Below, piece by piece: positions 59,347 to 64,000 of a stretch of DNA of 64,000 nucleotides; positions within the stretch are counted from its first letter, which is position 1, and the number at the start of each line of letters is the position of its first letter. A program made the position numbers and the translations under genes. The DNA is taken from the NCBI RefSeq assembly GCF_036502675.1, contig NZ_DASXYF010000098.1, forward strand, positions 1,118 through 65,117. The letters run 5' to 3'. The notes below the pieces were generated by a model, which was not told where the DNA came from, searched no databases, and worked only from the letters and a program-made list of their open reading frames with translations. This DNA is from Phenylobacterium sp. (GTDB lineage: Bacteria; Pseudomonadota; Alphaproteobacteria; Caulobacterales; Caulobacteraceae).

Positions 59347-59948
59347 GGCGCGCAGGCGCCGAGAAGCGTAGCGGCGATCGTACGCCAGTCGCGGCAGGAC
59401 TCGAGGGGGCCGACATAACGTCCCTCCGGATCGAACAGGATTTTGCGCAGGCCGGGCGGATAGCCCTCAAGGGCGAGGATCTCCGGCAGATCGTCGATGA
59501 ACACCTCGCAGGCGAGCGCGCGCACGCGGGCGACCTTCTCCTCCTTCGTCGGTTCGAAGAAGACCCGGCTGTTGCCGAAGCAGCTGTCGGCCCATCGGCG
59601 GGCCGCAAGGAAGGCATGGGCATGGCGGTGCAAGTCGTAGGGCGGTCCCGCGAATGGGACCCGCGTCTTGTGGCTGATGATGAACAGGTCGTGTCCCGCC
59701 GCGCAAAGCTCGGAGAGCGCACGCTCCACGCCATCGAAAAGGCCGACATGTTTCATGCCCGGACCGTAGACGTAGCCCTGCAGCTCGGTGAAGTCGGCAT
59801 CGCGCCCGAGGCTTCGCAAATAGTCGCGAACGCTGGCCTTGTCGGTGGCGACGCCCTCGGCGGGGATCATGCCGCGCTCCACGGCCGCAGCATGGAAAAC
59901 GCCGTCGTAACAAGCGATGGTGTTGTCGAAATCGAGGCCGATGCGCAC
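59343..59948 (-). CDS. HAD-superfamily hydrolase
   Basis: IGLDFDNT, ISHK, FIDDLPE. Confidence 0.82.
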   Translation of the reverse strand: MRIGLDFDNTIACYDGVFHAAAVERGMIPAEGVATDKASVRDYLRSLGRDADFTELQGYVYGPGMKHVGLFDGVERALSELCAAGHDLFIISHKTRVPFAGPPYDLHRHAHAFLAARRWADSCFGNSRVFFEPTKEEKVARVRALACEVFIDDLPEILALEGYPPGLRKILFDPEGRYVGPLESCRDWRTIAATLLGACAP

Positions 59949-59951
59949 GGC

Positions 59952-60989
59952 CTACAGGCTCATGTCGATCAGCGGGCGGCCGACCCGACCCGCCGCCAGG
60001 TCCTGCAGCGCCTCGTCCGCCTGGGCCAGAGCATAGGGCTTGGACAGCAGGCGCTTGAGGTCGAAGCGGCCCGAGGCCAGCATGGCGCCGAACCTCGGAT
60101 AGTCGCGGTCCGGCGCGCTGTCGCCGCCCCAGGTGCCCATCAGGCTCTTGCCCTGGTTGAAGACGCCCGGGTCGAGCGTGAGGACCGAACCGTGCCTGGC
60201 GTTGCCAATCACCACCGCGCGGCCGCCCTGCGGGCGCGTCGCGTTGACCGCCTGCTCCATCACCGCCGGCAGGCCGGTCGCCTCCACCGCCAGGTCGACC
60301 CCGCCGGCCACGAGACCGCGGATCGCCGCCACCGGGTCGCCCTCCCCCGGGTCGACCACATGCGTCGCCCCGAAGGCCTCGGCCAGCGCGCGGCGCTCAA
60401 GGTTCGGATCGACGCAGATGACCGTCGCCGCCTCGCCAATCGCTGCGGCCATGCAGGCGTTGAGGCCGATGCCGCCGGTTCCGAAGATCGCCAGCGTGGC
60501 GCCAGGCTTGAGCTGCAGGACGTTGAAGACCGCCCCCATCCCGGTGGGTGCGGCGCAGCCCAGCAGGACCGCGGCGTCCAGCGGAAGGCCTGCGGGAACT
60601 GGGGTCAGCCGGTTCTCGCTGACCACCGCGTGGCGCTGGAAGGTAGTGACCCCGCCGGCGTTCACCTGCCTGCCGTCCCAGTCGTAGACCGCGCCGCCGG
60701 CTTCTACGCCATGGCCCTTGATCCAGGAGAGCACGACCTGGTCTCCCGGCTTGACCTTGGCGACTTCGGGGCCCGTCTCCAGCACGACCCCGGAGCCCTC
60801 ATGGCCCAGGCAGTGCGGAACCCACTTGTCCTCCCCCTTGTCGCCGCGCCACTCCATCACCTGGGTGCCGCAGGCGCCGGAGTAGGCGATCTGGACCAGC
60901 ACCTGGCCCCGCTTTAGGGCCGGTATCTCGATCTGCGCCAGCACCAGGGCCTTGCCCGGCTCCCCCAGCAGGGAGGCTTCGGTTTTCAT
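59952..60989 (-). CDS. Zn-binding alcohol dehydrogenase family
   Basis: SGACGTQ, LGHEGSG, LLGCAAPTG, GTGGIG; lacks the structural-Zn Cys loop. Confidence 0.87.
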   Translation of the reverse strand: MKTEASLLGEPGKALVLAQIEIPALKRGQVLVQIAYSGACGTQVMEWRGDKGEDKWVPHCLGHEGSGVVLETGPEVAKVKPGDQVVLSWIKGHGVEAGGAVYDWDGRQVNAGGVTTFQRHAVVSENRLTPVPAGLPLDAAVLLGCAAPTGMGAVFNVLQLKPGATLAIFGTGGIGLNACMAAAIGEAATVICVDPNLERRALAEAFGATHVVDPGEGDPVAAIRGLVAGGVDLAVEATGLPAVMEQAVNATRPQGGRAVVIGNARHGSVLTLDPGVFNQGKSLMGTWGGDSAPDRDYPRFGAMLASGRFDLKRLLSKPYALAQADEALQDLAAGRVGRPLIDMSL

Positions 60990-61012
60990 CAGGCTGCTCC
61001 AGGCGCTTGGAA

Positions 61013-61939
61013 TTAGGCGAGGGCGCTTGCGATCGCATCGGCCATCTGATGTCCGGTCAGGCCGAGCTGTTCGCGGGCATATTCCTGCTCGCCGGATTTC
61101 TTGAAGAAGGCGTCGGGGGTTCCGAAGCGCAGGAGCCGGGCTCCGGCAGCCATGCCGCTGTCGACACGCCATTCCGCGACAGCCGAGCCGAAGCCCCCGA
61201 TACGGGAATGCTCCTCCACGGTCGCCACCAGCCGGAAGCCGGCGAACGCCTCGCCGAGGCAGGCCTCGTCGAGCGGCTTGACGGTGTGGAAACTGACCAC
61301 CCGCGCCGAGACGCCCTGCGCCCTGAGCGCCTCCGCGGCCTTGAGAGCCTCAGGCAGCATGTTGCCGGTGGAAAGCAGACAGACGTCGGAGCCCTCCTCC
61401 ACCGTGATCGCCTTGCCGATCCGGAAGTCCGGCAAGGGGCCCTTGTGGACCACGGGCTCGCCCTTCTTGCCGAGCCGTATATAGGCGGGCCGATCCTGCT
61501 GCAGCACGGCGCCCAGGGCCGCGCGCACCTCCCAGACGTCAGCCGGGGCGATGACCAGCATGTTGGGGATCGCCCGCAGCAGCGCGAGGTCCTCGCAGGC
61601 GTGATGGGTCGGCCCGAGGCCCGCATAGGCCAGGCCCGCGCCGACGGCGACGATGGTCACCGGGACCTCGTGGTAGGCAGCGTCGGTGCGGATCTGCTCC
61701 AGGCAGCGGGTCGTGGCGAAGGGGGTAATGGTGTAGGTGAACGGCCGCAGGCCGTTCATCGCCATGCCGGTGGCGACGCCGGTCATGTTCTGCTCGGCGA
61801 CGCCACAGTTGAAGAACCGCTCGGGCTGGGCGGCCTTGAACTTGTCGAACAGCCGGTTGCCGATGTCGCCCGACAGCATGACGACCCGCGGGTCTTCCCG
61901 GCCCAGCTTGGTGATCTCGTCGGCGAAGGCGTTTCTCAT
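61013..61939 (-). CDS. Transketolase C-terminal subunit
   Basis: GVAEQNM, CLEQIR, LGPTHH, YIRLG, TVKPLD, EEH..GGFGS. Confidence 0.92.
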   Translation of the reverse strand: MRNAFADEITKLGREDPRVVMLSGDIGNRLFDKFKAAQPERFFNCGVAEQNMTGVATGMAMNGLRPFTYTITPFATTRCLEQIRTDAAYHEVPVTIVAVGAGLAYAGLGPTHHACEDLALLRAIPNMLVIAPADVWEVRAALGAVLQQDRPAYIRLGKKGEPVVHKGPLPDFRIGKAITVEEGSDVCLLSTGNMLPEALKAAEALRAQGVSARVVSFHTVKPLDEACLGEAFAGFRLVATVEEHSRIGGFGSAVAEWRVDSGMAAGARLLRFGTPDAFFKKSGEQEYAREQLGLTGHQMADAIASALA

Positions 61940-62772
61940 GCGAGGCCCAGCTCCCGGCGCGCGAGCACGACCTCTTCGGCGGTCGGCGCCCGGTAGTGCC
62001 AGTTGTTGTCGTCCTCCATGAAGGAGACCCCCTTGCCCTTCACCGTGTGGGCGATAATCGCCACCGGCTTGCCCGAACCGTTGGGCACGTTGCGCATCAG
62101 GCGCGCGAGGACCTCCACGTCGTGCCCATCGACCTCGGCGGCGTCCCAGCCGAAGGCCCGCCATTTGTCGGCCAGCGGGGCCAGGGCCATCACCTCATTG
62201 GAGCGGTCGGTGGCCTGCCACTTGTTGTAATCGACGATGACGCAGAGGTTTTCGAGATGCTGGCCGGCGGCGAACATCGCAGCCTCCCAGACCGAGCCTT
62301 CGTTGTTCTCGCCGTCGGACAGCAGCGCGTAGACGCGGAAGTCCTCGCCCTTGATCCGGCCCGCAAGGGCGAACCCGTTGCCAAGGGGAAGACCATGCCC
62401 AAGGGAGCCGGTCGCGGCCTCGACGCCGGGCAGCTGGTTGGCGGGCGGATGCTCGGCCAGCCGCCCGCCGTCGGTATTGTAGGTGTCGAGCTCGGCCTCG
62501 GGGAAGAAGCCGCGCAGGGCTAGAGTGGCGTAGATCGCCATGGCCGCGTGGCCTTTTGAGAGGATGAAACGGTCGCGCAGGGGATCGTCCGGATGGCGCG
62601 GGTCGATATTCAGCACGTCCCAGTAGGCGACGGTGAGGATGTCGGCGCAGGACAGCGAAGAGCCCAGATGGGCGGAGCTGGCGGCGTGACACATCTCGAT
62701 GATGCGGCCGCGCAACTTGGCGGCTTGCGCCCTCAGTCGTTCGCCGTCGATCGCCGGGATGGGGGCGTTCAT
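61936..62772 (-). CDS. Transketolase N-terminal (TPP-binding) subunit
   Basis: HLGSSLS, DRFILSKGH, TGSLGHGL, SDGE.NEGSVWEA, DYN, TVKGKG, WHY. Confidence 0.93.
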   Translation of the reverse strand: MNAPIPAIDGERLRAQAAKLRGRIIEMCHAASSAHLGSSLSCADILTVAYWDVLNIDPRHPDDPLRDRFILSKGHAAMAIYATLALRGFFPEAELDTYNTDGGRLAEHPPANQLPGVEAATGSLGHGLPLGNGFALAGRIKGEDFRVYALLSDGENNEGSVWEAAMFAAGQHLENLCVIVDYNKWQATDRSNEVMALAPLADKWRAFGWDAAEVDGHDVEVLARLMRNVPNGSGKPVAIIAHTVKGKGVSFMEDDNNWHYRAPTAEEVVLARRELGLA

Positions 62773-62790
62773 CGGCGCGGTCCTCCGTCC

Positions 62791-63786
62791 TCAGGGTTTG
62801 TGGACATAATCCCAATTCATGCCCGACAGCGCCGTCTCGAACCGGCGCGCCCAGGCGATGGTGTCTTCGACGCCGGCTTCGAGCGAAATCATGTCCTTCC
62901 ACCCGAGTTCGGTCCGCAGCTTACTGGAGTCGAGCCGGTAGGCCACGTCCTTGCCCGGCCGCTCCGGCCCCACGTCCACGCTGTCGGCGAAGGATTTGCC
63001 CAGGCGGTCGAGGATCAATTCCACCAGCTCACGGATCGAGACCATCCGGTCGGTGGAGATGTGATAGCACTCGCCGGGCCTGCCTTGCACGGCGATCTTC
63101 AGGGTCGCGTCGGCCACGTCGGTCATGTGGATAAAAGACCGCACCGACTTGCCGCCGCCGTCGAGGGTCAGGCGCTTGCCCGCGAGGGCCGACAGAACGG
63201 TGCGGGGAATGATCCGATAAAGCTGCTGGCCCGACCCGAACACATTGGCCGCGCGGGTGAACAGCACCGGAAATCCGTAGTGGGAAAAATAGGTCCGCAG
63301 GCTCATGTCGCCGGCCGCGCGGCTGACGGCGTAGGGCGTCGACGGATTGAACGGCGCGTCCTCCTTCACCCAGCCCTCGGTGGAGCCATAGACCTCCGGG
63401 GTGGTGACGTGAACGTAGCGCTCCAGGCTGTCGTGGGCGCGCAGGCGGTCGTGCAGCCTGACCGTGGAGACCACATTGGTCATCATCCAGTGGTCCGGGT
63501 TCTGCCAGCTCTGGCCGACCATGCTCTGGGCGGCGAAGTTCACCACATGGGTGAAGCGCTCGGCCCGCATCAGGGCGTCGAGGTCGTCGAGGTCGTGGTT
63601 GAGGTCGAGGCGCTGGAACCGGACGCGGCACTCGTGGTCGCGCCAGCGATAGGGCAGGAAGGCGTCGTGCGGCTCCGGCGAGCGGCTGGTCGCCAGCACC
63701 TCGTGGCCCTGGCCTGCGACGAAGTCGACGAACGTCGCGCCCGAAAAGGAGTTCGATCCCAGGACCAGGAAGCGCGGAGCGGTCAT
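62791..63786 (-). CDS. NDP-sugar 4,6-dehydratase/epimerase (extended SDR)
   Basis: GSNSFSG, NFAAQS.V, TPEVYG, PSTPYAVSR, NVFG..Q, RPGKD..Y. Confidence 0.88.
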   Translation of the reverse strand: MTAPRFLVLGSNSFSGATFVDFVAGQGHEVLATSRSPEPHDAFLPYRWRDHECRVRFQRLDLNHDLDDLDALMRAERFTHVVNFAAQSMVGQSWQNPDHWMMTNVVSTVRLHDRLRAHDSLERYVHVTTPEVYGSTEGWVKEDAPFNPSTPYAVSRAAGDMSLRTYFSHYGFPVLFTRAANVFGSGQQLYRIIPRTVLSALAGKRLTLDGGGKSVRSFIHMTDVADATLKIAVQGRPGECYHISTDRMVSIRELVELILDRLGKSFADSVDVGPERPGKDVAYRLDSSKLRTELGWKDMISLEAGVEDTIAWARRFETALSGMNWDYVHKP

Positions 63787-63842
63787 GCGCGGAAATGCTG
63801 CCCCCTGGTGACGAGGACGGGCCAGTCGGCGACGCTCGTCAT
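63783..63842 (-). pseudogene. 19-codon coupled mini-ORF, probable deleted-gene scar
   Basis: MTSVADWPVLVTRGQHFRA*, joined to both neighbours by ATGA overlaps. Confidence 0.45.
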
Positions 63843-64000
63843 GCGACCTTGCTGACTTCGGCGACGTGGGATTGCATCCAGGCGAGATTGTTCCACCGCG
63901 GTTCGCTGCGCAAGGAACCTTGCCGGTACTCGCCGACGATCTCCTTGATCGCGTCCTCCACCGTCTTTTTCGGGCGGAACCCGGTCGCCAGCAACCGATC
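63839..64000 (-). CDS. C-terminus of an NAD-dependent epimerase/dehydratase (truncated by the window end)
   Basis: DRLLATGFRPKKTVEDAIKEIV..WNNLAWM..*, typical of an extended-SDR C-terminus. Confidence 0.65.
   Translation of the reverse strand, partial: DRLLATGFRPKKTVEDAIKEIVGEYRQGSLRSEPRWNNLAWMQSHVAEVSKVA

Noticed and set aside
61013-62772. Housekeeping transketolase or DXP synthase
   Set aside because: Short split subunits embedded among NDP-sugar genes, with no gap/pgk context.

Overview
Very GC-rich alphaproteobacterial DNA; gene style suggests Caulobacterales (Phenylobacterium-like), which is an inference. In order: (1) copper locus with a Met/His-rich exported protein, csoR and copA, plus three CsoR-type boxes; (2) an M14 carboxypeptidase and a tiny Cys-repeat exported peptide; (3) an ECF sigma/FecR/TonB-receptor trio, divergent from a tightly coupled biosynthesis-and-export operon I cannot match to a described pathway (HAD phosphatase, class III aminotransferase, arginase-fold enzyme, two SMR/DMT proteins, desaturase, Cys-nucleophile alpha/beta hydrolase, FemAB-like GNAT, ABC/HlyD/TolC), followed by a NodF/NodE-like ACP-KAS pair and three glycosyl-related genes; (4) a large catabolic region for hydrophobic compounds (three P450s, epoxide hydrolase, thiolase+OB-fold, Ltp2-like protein, paired acyl-CoA dehydrogenases, MaoC, two amidohydrolases, TBDR, MFS, IclR/AraC/TetR), interrupted by kdpDE, a collapsed kdpA'-'kdpC scar, kdpF and kup; (5) mtnN and the distal end of an unusual nucleotide-sugar operon with a split transketolase. 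A CTAG-bounded palindromic intergenic element occurs twice. No rRNA, tRNA, CRISPR array, integrase or transposase was recognised. All assignments come from motif recognition by eye; no searches were run.
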